Positions 1-11,194 of a stretch of DNA of 64,000 nt are shown piece by piece. Location: positions 806,001 to 870,000 of the forward strand of contig JBNJNM010000009.1 in NCBI GenBank assembly GCA_052426225.1, read 5' to 3'. The translations under genes were made by a program, and so were the position numbers. The DNA comes from Zancudomyces culisetae HAW-14-8 (Eukaryota > Fungi > Kickxellomycota). The stretch's first letter is position 1, and the number at the start of each line of letters is the position of its first letter. The notes below the pieces were generated by a model that was given only the letters and a program-made list of their open reading frames with translations, searched no databases and was not told where the DNA came from.

Positions 1-871
1 CTTCTGCACTCGAATATTCTACATAACACCGGGATTTGATCTCGTTGAGCCAAAAATCCTTGCGTACTCCTACGCCCCTAAACTGATCAACCAATTCCAG
101 TATTTGTTTTGTGGTGATTGGTCGCTTTATATTCTTGATATATATAGCTGTATGCCCCTCTACCTGACTCACTGTTTCTCTCTTTTCCTCCTCTTTGTCT
201 TCCACCATTTCTTGTATATTTGCTTCATCTTCCTCACCACTCTCCATCTCTTCTTCATTAATATATTTTTCTTCCTGCTTTTCTTTTTCTTCCTCCTCCT
301 CTTCTTTTTGTTTTTCTTCCTCTTTTTTTTCCTCCTCCTCCTCCTCCTCCTCCTCCTTTTTTGCCTGCTCCTGCTTTTCGTTATGTTCTTCTCTCCCCTC
401 TTTTTGTTCCTCTTGGCTTACTATCTGCTCAATAGTCTCTGCCTCGATTTTGAACTCTTCTTGTACCTCTTGTCTTTTTTCCTCTACTTGTATAGCGATT
501 GGCGCAGCCATCTGTTCCTCCTCCTCTTTTTTATCAATCTCTTCGGCTGTCTGACTAACCACCTCTTCAACTCCTTGTTCAACTCCTTGTTCAACCATTT
601 CTCCAGCTTCTTGCTTAGTTTCCTCTTCCTCGGATTGTGTTTCGGTCTGCATATTTGTAGATTCAACCTCTTCTGCACGCATCTCCCCATTTTCTTGAAC
701 CGGTACTTGTTCTGTTACTTGTTCTGCTACTTGTTCTGCTCCACCGCTTTCCTTATCCAGTGCTTCCTGTAATCTACTTATTAAATCGCTTTTCAACCCA
801 TTTTTGGGTAATCCTCGTTCCCCCAGTAACGTTTTTAGTTCCGTTACTTTAAGCTGATGTAAATCTTTCAT
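1..871 (-). CDS. Acinus-like SAP-domain/RRM protein (partial, runs off window start)
   Basis: Not in the ORF track because it has no stop in the window. From ATG at 871: MKDLHQLKVTELKTLLGERGLPKNGLKSDLISRLQEAL (SAP motif), an acidic Glu-rich linker, then in the same frame TAIYIKNIKRPITTKQILELV...DFWLNEIKSRCYVEYSSAE, resembling the Acinus RRM. Confidence 0.8.
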   Translation of the reverse strand, partial: MKDLHQLKVTELKTLLGERGLPKNGLKSDLISRLQEALDKESGGAEQVAEQVTEQVPVQENGEMRAEEVESTNMQTETQSEEEETKQEAGEMVEQGVEQGVEEVVSQTAEEIDKKEEEEQMAAPIAIQVEEKRQEVQEEFKIEAETIEQIVSQEEQKEGREEHNEKQEQAKKEEEEEEEEEKKEEEKQKEEEEEEKEKQEEKYINEEEMESGEEDEANIQEMVEDKEEEKRETVSQVEGHTAIYIKNIKRPITTKQILELVDQFRGVGVRKDFWLNEIKSRCYVEYSSAE

Positions 872-1291
872 TTCTCCTTTTTTTTCACTTCTCTTTACTT
901 TTCCTTTCCTTTTCGCACTTTTATATACTATTTTCTTATTTATGAGCTTTGAGTTTTTTTTTATTACTTTAGTTAGTTTCCAAATCACGATATTTTAATT
1001 TCTCGATTAAATAAATATATGTTTACTTTTTTCGCGTTTCAAAACATCAATTATAATACTAACACCATTTATTTTAATTACAAAAAGCTCATGCTCCTTT
1101 AAAGTTGTACTAAAACTATAGCCAGTATTGCTTTATTATATCAATATTGTTATTATTATTCGTAAGAATCTTATAAATATGTTATAAAACATCGACTAGA
1201 AACATGTCAAAGAAATAAATCGATAAAAATAATGAGAGGTAGTATTGATCAATTCCAAATATCCATCTGGAATAACTGCTGGCCCCTATTA

Positions 1292-1783
1292 TTATTTCTC
1301 CAAATATCTTGCCAAATCTCTAAGCCCATCTCGTTTCTTGTACTTTCCATCTTCCGCAACCTCAACACCACCGTCTGTACTGAAATCGCCCTTCCATTCC
1401 ACAAATGTCATCATACACTCATCACCTTCCTCGCCTTCCTCTGCAGTGCTGGTAGTTGTTGTGACACGCTTGGCCAGTATTGTATTGGTATACGAGAGAG
1501 CCTTTAGTGGGTGTGAAGATTCGATTACTTCATACGATACTTTGTGTTCTAGCTCAGACAGTTCCACAACGCGATAGACTTGCCATGTTCCGTCTTTAAA
1601 CTGAACCTTTCGAGTGCTACCGAGTTCTAGTGGGCTCTTTGAACCATTGCTGGTGGTTACAAGCTTGGATGATTCTACAAGTGACCAGAATTTTAGATCT
1701 AGCTCTCTAATGGCTGACCATACTTGCTCAATGCTTGCTTTTATTACTATTGATTCTGAGATACCTGAGACTGATCCTACCAT
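1292..1783 (-). CDS. SRPBCC/START-like (polyketide cyclase/dehydrase, Bet v1-like) protein
   Basis: 163 aa: SIVIKASIEQVWSAIR, GSTRKVQFKDG, LSELEHKVSYEVIES, TFVEWKGDF follow the Polyketide_cyc2 pattern. Confidence 0.75.
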   Translation of the reverse strand: MVGSVSGISESIVIKASIEQVWSAIRELDLKFWSLVESSKLVTTSNGSKSPLELGSTRKVQFKDGTWQVYRVVELSELEHKVSYEVIESSHPLKALSYTNTILAKRVTTTTSTAEEGEEGDECMMTFVEWKGDFSTDGGVEVAEDGKYKKRDGLRDLARYLEK

Positions 1784-3414
1784 CCTGTTTTCAAAGCAAG
1801 TTTTTTCTTTCTTTACCTAGAGTTCTGTCTTTATTAGAGTGTAGTTGAACTACTCCTTACAATATTTTTGTTGATAGCGGAAAAGAGAAGAGGGGATTTC
1901 TAAACTGAAATGGTAATACTGTATATAACGGCGAGTACGTTTTGTGTAATATTAATACTTTTCGTTCTATTTCTTGAGTTGTATTTTTTACCCTTTATTA
2001 TTTTCTCATTAACAGCAAAAAAAAAAAAACAAGGAAAAAAATGTATCTGAAAAGGAAAGGCTTGTAAAGGAATGATAAAGCTTTATAAGACTATTGTCGC
2101 CATAGTATACTTGGTTATATTTCCAACCCCATTTGCTAAATAGCTTGTTCAATTCACATCTCTTACAAAAGTGAAAAAATAGACATGACACACAAACCCT
2201 TTTTTACTTGCACTGTGTTATGGTAGGGGGGGGGGTGCTCAAAAGCCATTTAGTAGCTAATTTCCCTACTAGTTCACTGAAACTGTATTCATTTATGCGT
2301 TAACTGTGATTCATTTGAAACAAAGTACGTATAAATAGACATTTTTAATTAAGTAGCCCATAAAAGGTACTTTGACTTTGTTCACGAATCAAATTACACC
2401 AAATGTAATGAAAATAAAAAAAATTAAAAAAGATTTACCCTATCAGTTCGGATCTTTGGGTTTAGCTGTAAAAAGTACTGAATATGTACATATATCTGTA
2501 TGCATAATATCTTGGGTTGAGCTTAACCAGAGCTGACTAAACTAGAGTAGAATTCCCTAGTTGCTGGTATCTGTTATAATCACAGCAAATTACCACTAAG
2601 ATTTTCTTGTGTATGTATCATAATTGCTAGTAAACATTTATCAGCTAGTGATTTCACGCGTGTAGCGTTTATTTGTTATTCTCTGATTTTTAATGCACTT
2701 ACTGAGCCGATAAACACCAAAAAAGCTGATCAGATCATCTAGGCTAGCCATGTGAGACTGTATTTGTTTTCACAGGCATGCCAAACATGTCAAAATACTC
2801 TAAAACTCTTGATTGTTTGAGACTGTAACCTGTCCTTAGATATATCCCAAGCTTAAACATGTTTTTTTCTTCAACCATTTGATACAAAGTCAGTTATTTA
2901 TGGTTCTTCTTGCATAGTTTACGTGAGTATTCCAAAAGTGGAATATTCCCGAACCTTGGAATGTGCTTTTTCACTTAGCATTGCATCAACAACCCTTCCT
3001 TAACTTGAATATGGTTGTCTATTGGTTTTCACGGTTCATTTAAGATCTAACATGGCCTTTTGTTAAATGAGTGAAGCAAGTTCAGCAGTTCTGTTGAAAA
3101 AGAAACCTTCCCCTCCTTTTTTTTCCCGATAAATTTAGAAGAATAAGCACCACCAAATTGCAACAAATCCAAACCCAACTTTGCCTTTTCCACACTCATT
3201 CTCATTTGCTCAACCAACCTGATTTGCCTACACTCCTTAATTCATTAATTTTCCATCTATTTTTAATATCATACACCATTTTTTTTCCTTTAGAGAAAAG
3301 GAAATAAGAAGAAAGGATTAAAGCAGATTCACTGTAAATAAAGGCGGCATATATACATATATATACGTACACACACATATATACACACAGAACAAAGACA
3401 GGGACAGGGCGAAA

Positions 3415-4964
3415 ATGGCTAGGAAAAACAACATGTTTTCAAGGATCCAATCCTTCGATGCATATGCAAAGACTTTGGACGACTTTAAAATTAAAACATC
3501 CGCAGGTGCTATAGGTAAGATATCATCAACAGTTTTTTAAAAAATGCTTTTTTAGTAAACTATTAAACATAATAGAAAAGAGATGGCGGGGACAGCGGAA
3601 ATGATGATTACAAAGCCATTTAATCGATTTTTTTTTCTAATCAAATATTCATACGTATAGTTACACTCAGTAGTTTTCTACTGGTTATGATACTCATAAT
3701 GAATGAATACTCAAACTACAGGAAAGTTGAGATGCGGCCAGAATTGGTGATTGATAAAGCACGAATGGAAAAGATGGACATTAATATTGACATTACTTTT
3801 AATAAAGCACCATGTGTTTGTAAGTTGGCTGATTACTATATATCTTAGTTTTGTTTCTGTTGATATTAATACTGTTATTGTTATTGTTATTACCAAGGTA
3901 TTGTAATGTGCTTAACCTCAAAAACTATATAGTGCTCGGTTTGGATATGATGGATAATAGTGGGGAGCAGCAAATAAACTATTTCCAGAACGTACAGAAA
4001 GTAAGGCTAAGGGCAGATGGCACAGTTAATGACAAACCAAAAGGTAAAATAAAAACTAGAAGGTGGGGGGGGGGGGCGGAGAATTACGACTATACATGTG
4101 TACTCTGAAGTATAAGCCCAATTAACGTATAATATAATACAACATGCACCCATGATAGTTTTTGAAAAGAGACCAAAGGAAGGAGAAAGTGGCAAAGATT
4201 TGGATAAGCCAAAATGTGGAAGCTGTTACAATGGAAAAGCACCACCAAGTGGTTGCTGTAACACCTGTGAAGAGGTGCACCAAGCGTACCAGGCTGCAGG
4301 AATGGCATTCATTGAACCGGATTCCATTGAGCAGTGTGTAGAAGAAAGATATGTGGAGCAAATAAAGGACCAAGAGGGCGAGGGTTGTCGATTAATTGGA
4401 CGCATCCGCATCAACAAAGTTGCAGGTAATTTCCACATTATGGCAGGAGAAACAATAAAACGAGACAAGGTGCACATGCATGCAATGCATCACTACTATC
4501 CACAAAACTATGATTTTAGCCACACGATAAATACACTATCTTTTGGTGAAACATTTGAGGGCCAGAGTAACCCTCTTGATAAGGTGTCTAAATCGGCACC
4601 TGTGAGGGATGTCATGTATCAGTACTTTGTCAAAGTCGTTGGTACCGAGCTGCATTATCTAAACAACACTGTTCTACGTTCTAACCAATACTCTGTCACT
4701 GAACATGACAATGCCGAAGATGCAAAGAACAACGCTGCTCTCCTTGCTCTCCTCGCCAACCAGAAATCTGGCTTCTTTGTTGTCTTTGATATCTCTCCGA
4801 TGCGCATTATCTATACACAATACAAACCTTCTTTTACCTCTTTCCTATCTTCTTCCCTTGCCATCATTGGTAGCATTTTTACTGTTGCTGGTATTCTCGA
4901 CTCTTTTATTTTCCGCGCTGAACGTGCCATTTTGGCCAAACACGAAATCGGAAAACTTCACTAA
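3415..4964 (+). CDS. ERV46: ER-Golgi intermediate compartment protein Erv46/ERGIC3 (4 exons)
   Basis: Exons 3415-3514, 3661-3819, 3933-4043 and 4159-4964 join in frame through GT..AG introns. Motifs: FDAYAKT, CGSCY, CCNTCEEV, EGCRL..RINKVAGNFH, YQYFVKVV, QYSVT, C-terminal TM and KxH-like GKLH tail. Confidence 0.93.
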
Positions 4965-5302
4965 TTAATAACATTGCACCATCACACCTCCCCCAATTGC
5001 TTTTCCTTAGTTTTTTTCACGCCTATTAGTCGATAATTTTGCATTTTGCATTTTGCATTTTGCATCAAAGCATTCACGCTTTGCGCTTTGCTTTTTATTT
5101 CTGGATGCAGATATAAGTAATTAAAATAAACTAACCTGTCACTGTGCTAATTGTTGTCAACAACTCATTTATTCAGTAAGAAACTAACAAATAATAGAGT
5201 TATTCGAAAAGGGAGGGAATGATATAATAAAAAAAATTCATTTTTAACAACCAAGTTTAGCTTGGTTTCTACGGCTGGTTATCGTGTTAAAAAACCGTGA
5301 TT

Positions 5303-6991
5303 TTAGTATGCTGGTTGTTGAGAGTACATAGGCTGATCATATTGTTGGGATGACATAGCTTCATAGGCTTCAGTTGGCATGGCTTCATAGGTCTCAGTTG
5401 GCATAGCTTCATAAGTCTCAGTTGGCATGGCTTCATAGGCTTCAGTTGGCATGGCCTCAGTGCTGTAGACATCAGTTGGTATGGCTTCAGTGCTGTAAGC
5501 GTTAGTTGGCATAACTTCAGTGTTGTAGGCATCAGTTGGCATGACTTCGGTTTCAATTGGTGCGGTATTGTATCCATTATCTTGCTCATATGTTGGCTGT
5601 GGCTCTGGTGTTTGAACATATGGAACCTCTGGCATTACACTGGTTTGGACATTGTAGATTTCTTGTGGACTAAGTTTGCGAACAATGGTGCTGCAGATTA
5701 CTTCGGTTGTGTACATGACTGGGGATTCAACGGTAACTGTAACAACATCGCTAACTACAACAGTACTGACTTGTGTTTCAACAACAGTTTCAGTTGATAC
5801 AACAGGGTAAGGGCAAGGTGATTGAACTTCGCTGGTTGGCACGACCGGTGTGTATGGTGGTTGAATCTCACTGGTTGGCATGACTGGTGTGTATGGTGGT
5901 GGGACTTCGCTTGTTGGGATTACCTCAGTTTCACATGTAGTCTCTTCAGTTGGGATCACTGATGTATATGGTGGTGGGACTTCGCTTGTTGGGATTACTT
6001 CAGTCTCGCATGTGGTAGATTCTTCAGTTGGGATTACTTCGGTTTCATATGTAGTCTCTTGGGTTGGGATTACTTCAGTTTCATATGTGACAGTCTCTTC
6101 AGTTGGGATTACTTCAGTTTCATATGTGACAGTCTCTTCAGTTGGAATTACTTCAGTTTCGCATGTAGTCTCTTCAGTTGGGATCACTGATGTATATGGT
6201 GGTGGGACTTCGCTTGTTGGGATTACTTCAGTCTCGCATGTGGTAGATTCTTCAGTTGGGATGACCTCAGTTTCACATGTGGTAGACTCTTCAGTTGGGA
6301 TGACCTCAGTCTCGCATGTTGTAGACTCTTCAGTTGGGATGACCTCAGTCTCGCATGTTGTAGACTCTTGGGTTGGAATTACTTCAGTCTCGCATGTGGT
6401 AGACTCTTGGGTTGGGATTACTCGGGTTCTATATGAGGTGATTTCTTCTGTTGGTACTACTGTTTGGTACCCTGGAGCAGCTGATTCGCAGTTGTCACCG
6501 TTTCCTGAACCACAATCTTCGGTGGCGGTTGGAAGTTCTGGGTTTTGGGTTTCATATCCAGCACCAGTTTCTTCTGAGGATGGTTCTTCAGTTGGGGTAT
6601 ATACATTGGATTGTGATCCGTAGGTGCTCACATTTTGATATTCAGTTTCACTGTCGTATTCATTTTCAGGGTACTGTGAGTTATTAGGATACTGGTTGTT
6701 ACCACCAGGGTATTGGGCTCCAGGGTATTGAGCACCAGGATATTGAGCACCAGGGTATTGAACTCCAGGATATTGAACTCCAGGAACGTTCATAATGTAG
6801 TTAGGTCCGAAGGCTGGGTAGATTACTCCGCCTGGGCCAAAACGATCTCCGAAACGTCCTCTGTGATATCTTCTTCCTCCATAACCACCACGACCACCAT
6901 GGCCCCCACGACCACCATGACCACCATGGCCTCCTCCGGCCATAACCATTGCGATTCCGCAGATTCCGATTGCTAGAACTTTGACACTCAT
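5303..6991 (-). CDS. Secreted, highly repetitive Gly/His-, Tyr/Pro- and Thr/Glu-rich structural (mucin/adhesin-like) protein
   Basis: 562 aa ORF: signal-like N-terminus, GGH/GGR repeats, five QYPG(A/V) repeats, about 12 (C/Y)ETEVIPT(E/Q)E(S/T)T units, C-terminal YEAMPTE repeats. Confidence 0.85.
   Translation of the reverse strand: MSVKVLAIGICGIAMVMAGGGHGGHGGRGGHGGRGGYGGRRYHRGRFGDRFGPGGVIYPAFGPNYIMNVPGVQYPGVQYPGAQYPGAQYPGAQYPGGNNQYPNNSQYPENEYDSETEYQNVSTYGSQSNVYTPTEEPSSEETGAGYETQNPELPTATEDCGSGNGDNCESAAPGYQTVVPTEEITSYRTRVIPTQESTTCETEVIPTQESTTCETEVIPTEESTTCETEVIPTEESTTCETEVIPTEESTTCETEVIPTSEVPPPYTSVIPTEETTCETEVIPTEETVTYETEVIPTEETVTYETEVIPTQETTYETEVIPTEESTTCETEVIPTSEVPPPYTSVIPTEETTCETEVIPTSEVPPPYTPVMPTSEIQPPYTPVVPTSEVQSPCPYPVVSTETVVETQVSTVVVSDVVTVTVESPVMYTTEVICSTIVRKLSPQEIYNVQTSVMPEVPYVQTPEPQPTYEQDNGYNTAPIETEVMPTDAYNTEVMPTNAYSTEAIPTDVYSTEAMPTEAYEAMPTETYEAMPTETYEAMPTEAYEAMSSQQYDQPMYSQQPAY
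5880..6425 (-). repeat. Coding minisatellite, about 36-39 bp units (CETEVIPTEESTT)
   Basis: Repeated + strand unit such as TTCAGTCTCGCATGTGGTAGACTCTTCAGTTGGGAT(T/G)AC, with interspersed SEVPPPYT variants. Confidence 0.9.
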
Positions 6992-9532
6992 GTTGGTATT
7001 ATTAAGTTTTTACTTGTTTTTCCTGGACTAAATTGATGTTTTACTTTACGAAGATAGGAATAACTATAGGAGTATCTCTTCACTTCTAAGTTTTTGATGA
7101 AAGATATAGGTTGAGAGATATTATAGGATAGGAATAGAGGTTGATTCTCTTTTTACTTTTATTCGATTCAGGAATGTCTGAAAAGATATTCGTCGTGATT
7201 ATAGATTCTTAAACTTGGATTCCTCCATACTACTTATATACGAAATTTTCTTTTGGTACTTAGGCATGGATGTAATATAAAATAGTGTAAGTCATAGTAA
7301 AAATATTGTTTCTCTCATTGATAAAGGTAACCATGAGGGCGTGGGTAGTGTGTTTGAATAATGTTAAACAACAATACTTCATTAAATGGCTAGGTAAAAG
7401 CTTGTACGTTATAATTGAAAGTATTTTTTTCTTTATTGTTGTTACCACCTTTGCTTGAACACATCCAATACATTCAATGCATTGCAGCTAGCAATTGGAT
7501 CTTCCAAAGAGGAAAGAAGTAAAGAATCACTTCCCCTCCCCCCCAAAAAAGAAATACAAAGCGGAAGCCTGCAATGTACGTGTATTTTACACGGCTTCGT
7601 TTTGTAATTCTTATTGTTTAATGTTTGTTTTTTATTTATTTGTATATACTGAATCTAATTCCTGAGCTGTAATTAATCCTAATTCCACAAGCTAAGACGT
7701 AAATGCACTACAGCTTTTAAGTTGAGATAATGACAACAGTATTCTTGACAATAGGCAAAAAATGAGCCCATAGTATTTATCAAATAGAGTATTTCTATTT
7801 TACGAATATCTGAACAATTATATTCATACAACCTTGGCTCAAATTCTATGCCTTGTTTGATTGTTAGTTTTTGTATGTAATTAATTGGTTTTTAATTTAT
7901 CTTTCTAATTATTTACTTGTACTATACAAAAACTTTACTGGAAACTTAATGACAATTACATTAATTTTTAAAAAAATGCCCTGCCACAAAGCCGGATTAG
8001 TAAAGCCAGCATCCAATTTTCATTTCTTTTTGCACATACTTATTAGCTATATTTGAACCATGAAAAGCATGGCTAAATATATGCCGTATATTTAAATCCA
8101 AAAACCAAGAAAACGTTGTGCAAAAAAAATCTATTGTTCGCATTGTAAAAAACACACTGGCTTGCATTATAGAGAAATTCCGGTATTTTAAGCTCACATT
8201 TTTAAGCATGTTGAAGCAGACGCAAGACTTCAATCGGTCCTACTAACACTGGCTAATTTTCAACCTTTTTTAGAGACAAAAACTGTTGCATACTAGATTC
8301 TAGATTATCTCTTTCAACTGTTATTTAGCATTTCACTGATTGACTCGTTCCATATAATAGCAGACAGAAACAGTTGCAACTTATAGTCAACACTCTACCC
8401 TAAAAGCTTTTTTTTTTGTTCCAACAAAGAGGTTCGTTTTATTTTCTACGCACAAACATAAAGTAATTGCAAATGTTCTTTTCTTTGGACAAGAGGCATA
8501 AAAGAAGGTAAAAGGTATAATACAAGTCAACAATGATCAAAAAATGATGGTAACTAGTGGTTGTTAAAGCTTTTAACTTCCGATTGGGTTTGTATTGGAT
8601 TTTTTAAATTTAAATTGAGAACGTTTTATAGCTACTAGCCTAACAGCCAGTTCGAGGTGTAGTGCCTTTTAATTTTACGTGCCATTTAGTGGCGTACTAC
8701 TTGATTCACAATGATAAGAGTTGGTAATATAATTCCAAAGTGGGTGGGTGTGGCTATGTGTGTTTGGAATAAAGCCGGGTGCAGATATCAAACCAAATAT
8801 TCCTCTCTTTGCTGATGATGGCTGTATATTTTTTAATGCTTTTGTGTGCCACACACTCTGAAACCAAAAACAACTCTAATGCACTACTGTGTTAAATAGC
8901 AGTTTGTGACTATCATATTATCCCCCTATTGTGTTTGAAACAATATACTTTTCTGCTCATGCTTGTCAATGTTTTTGTTTTTACTATCTTCACACTACAA
9001 ACTTCAAATACAAGCTACAGTTTTGAATACACGGCTTGGTAACCTGGTATACATGTTGCACTATGCAAAGCAGATTCTCAACTCGCCTAAACACTGAGCA
9101 CAATATACACTCTTGGATGCCATTATGTCACTGCTGAGTGAGCTACTTATTCCCTTCTAACTCTCCAATCACAAAAAAAGCAGGCTTACGGCAGGTGTTG
9201 CTATACAACGGATTAAATCTCATGTAATTTTCATATTACTGGGTTGCAAAATGTTGAAAATAACGATAGAGTATACTTTGCTCACATGTTATTGTGCCTT
9301 GGTAGCAATTTTGAGTATGTTCTACGACAAGCGGATTGTTTAAGGAAAAATCAAAACCATCAAATTAACTTTGGCTAATACGATGTATACACCCGAGTTA
9401 CACGCACACTTGTAAGCAGAAAATAAAATGAAAAATAAATCTCCTTTCACATGTAAAACAGGCGTATCAACTGTTGACAAAATGATGACTATTATCAGTG
9501 AATGTCTAACTAAATAAAGCGGAATAGTCTAA

Positions 9533-10678
9533 CTAGAAGAGCGAGGAATCCAGTCCAATCCATTGCGAGCTATACTCCCAAAGTTTTGCAGACTTTTCAG
9601 GGTCATTGACCCAGTAGCCAGGAGCGGCGACCTTGCAATCAGCATAGTACAGTCCGGTCTGGTGAGAAATGGATGGCTCGGTAGCACAATAGAGGGAGGT
9701 AAATGCGCCGGCTTCGGCACTCTGACTCAGTTTTTGAATAATATTCTGGATAAATGTAGGAAAACCATTCCAGAAATTGGAAAAAGTGGTTCCTGGGTGG
9801 ACAACATAGACATGGATTGGACCAGAAAGTGGACCGCTGTCAGGAATGGCTAGTGTATTTTCTTTTGTAATCTTTTTTTTCCGCATAGGCGAACGCAGTC
9901 CGCTCTCTAGCCTCCTAGCCAACTCACGGGCAAACATGAGTACGGCTAGCTTGGACTCTCCGTAGCGCAGTGAAAAAAAGCCTCCGCCAGAACTCGTAAG
10001 ATACTTTTCATCCAACGGTAAACCCATGGTAAAAACATGAGCGGAGGAGCTTACAAATACAATCCTTGCAGGGTCGCATGAGTCATCGTTTAGTTTCAGG
10101 AGCGAATCAGCGTCTTTTGGTTGAGCATTGCTATTGCTTTCGCCAAAAGTTATCGAACCTCCATGAACACCTTCGACGCCCATTCCCGATGCGTGATATT
10201 CGCCTGCTGCATCGCCGCTGTTTTGTTTGGTTGGAGTCATGAATTCTAGCAGCAATCTGGTGAGCATTGCTGAGCCAATAAAATTGATACCCCAACACAT
10301 TTCCCAACCATCTTGGGTTTTTCCGGGAATCCCAGGAATCCCTGCATTGTTGATTAGGATATGGATTCGCTTATCTTTTCTTGCCCTCCATTTGTCAGCA
10401 AATTGCAGGATGCTACGCTGGGAACCTAGATCCACATGCATGTGTTCCAACATGGATCGTTCGCACCCGATTTTGTTTACAATTTGTTCAATCACTGCTT
10501 CAAACACATGATCCGGATCATTTCCAACGAGAACGACGTGTGCACCAAGGGCAGCGAGGGTCTTTGCGGTCTCAAAGCCGATGCCTCTGCTTGAACCTGT
10601 GACTAATGCTATTTTCCCGTCTTGTCGCTGTGTGGGAACCCAGGTGTTTTCTTCTGCTGTAAAAGGTGGAAAGCCCAT
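9533..10678 (-). CDS. Short-chain dehydrogenase/reductase, retinol dehydrogenase/WWOX-like
   Basis: TGSSRGIG cofactor motif, INNAG, RIVFVSSSAH, catalytic YGESK, VHPG, GAFTSLYCAT, GLYYADC, AKLWEYS. Confidence 0.9.
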   Translation of the reverse strand: MGFPPFTAEENTWVPTQRQDGKIALVTGSSRGIGFETAKTLAALGAHVVLVGNDPDHVFEAVIEQIVNKIGCERSMLEHMHVDLGSQRSILQFADKWRARKDKRIHILINNAGIPGIPGKTQDGWEMCWGINFIGSAMLTRLLLEFMTPTKQNSGDAAGEYHASGMGVEGVHGGSITFGESNSNAQPKDADSLLKLNDDSCDPARIVFVSSSAHVFTMGLPLDEKYLTSSGGGFFSLRYGESKLAVLMFARELARRLESGLRSPMRKKKITKENTLAIPDSGPLSGPIHVYVVHPGTTFSNFWNGFPTFIQNIIQKLSQSAEAGAFTSLYCATEPSISHQTGLYYADCKVAAPGYWVNDPEKSAKLWEYSSQWIGLDSSLF

Positions 10679-11194
10679 TTTTGTCGATTGATATTTTTCT
10701 TCTTTTTATACTTTGGTTCGTTTCTTAGGAGTAAAAATGGCTTTAATTATCATTAAAATCACTTTAAAAAGCGGTCTCATAAATTATAGGGAATAGAAAG
10801 GAGTCTGGTTTTTGGTTGTCATTGTTAGGTCTATTTTGATTCAGCAAAAGATCAAATGATCTTTTGGATAAACACATTTGCCCATAAATTCGAGTTGTTC
10901 AATTAATTTTGTGGTATTTTCGCTGCTTGGTAAGTAAAAAGAATATATCCAGGAAAATCAAATGTAGTAAATGAGTTTGATTTGCTAAAAAAAATTCGAG
11001 TTGAGGGATTATTGATGGATTGAGAAATGACATTGCACCAATAACGTCCAGTTCCTTTTTCCATACCTATGAAAATTGGGGAGAGTTTGGTTGGATTTAT
11101 CCTAGCTACTATAATATATTAATGTTTCGTAAACAAGTTTAAAAGTGAAAACAGAGTAAAACACTTTTCAATATATCAAACAATTAAATAGTAT

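Noticed and set aside
104-772. Plus-strand Phe/Leu-rich 222 aa ORF and Ser-rich 195-554 ORF
   Set aside because: Antisense shadows of the Glu/Lys-rich Acinus-like gene on the minus strand.
1292-1783. SRPBCC gene as a bacterial horizontal transfer
   Set aside because: Lack of introns is common in this genome and the family occurs widely in eukaryotes; no evidence without a phylogeny.
5880-6623. Plus-strand 247 aa VGITSVSHVV repeat ORF; regular repeats superficially like a CRISPR array
   Set aside because: Antisense of the coding minisatellite; units are contiguous without unique spacers, the context is eukaryotic, and there are no cas genes.
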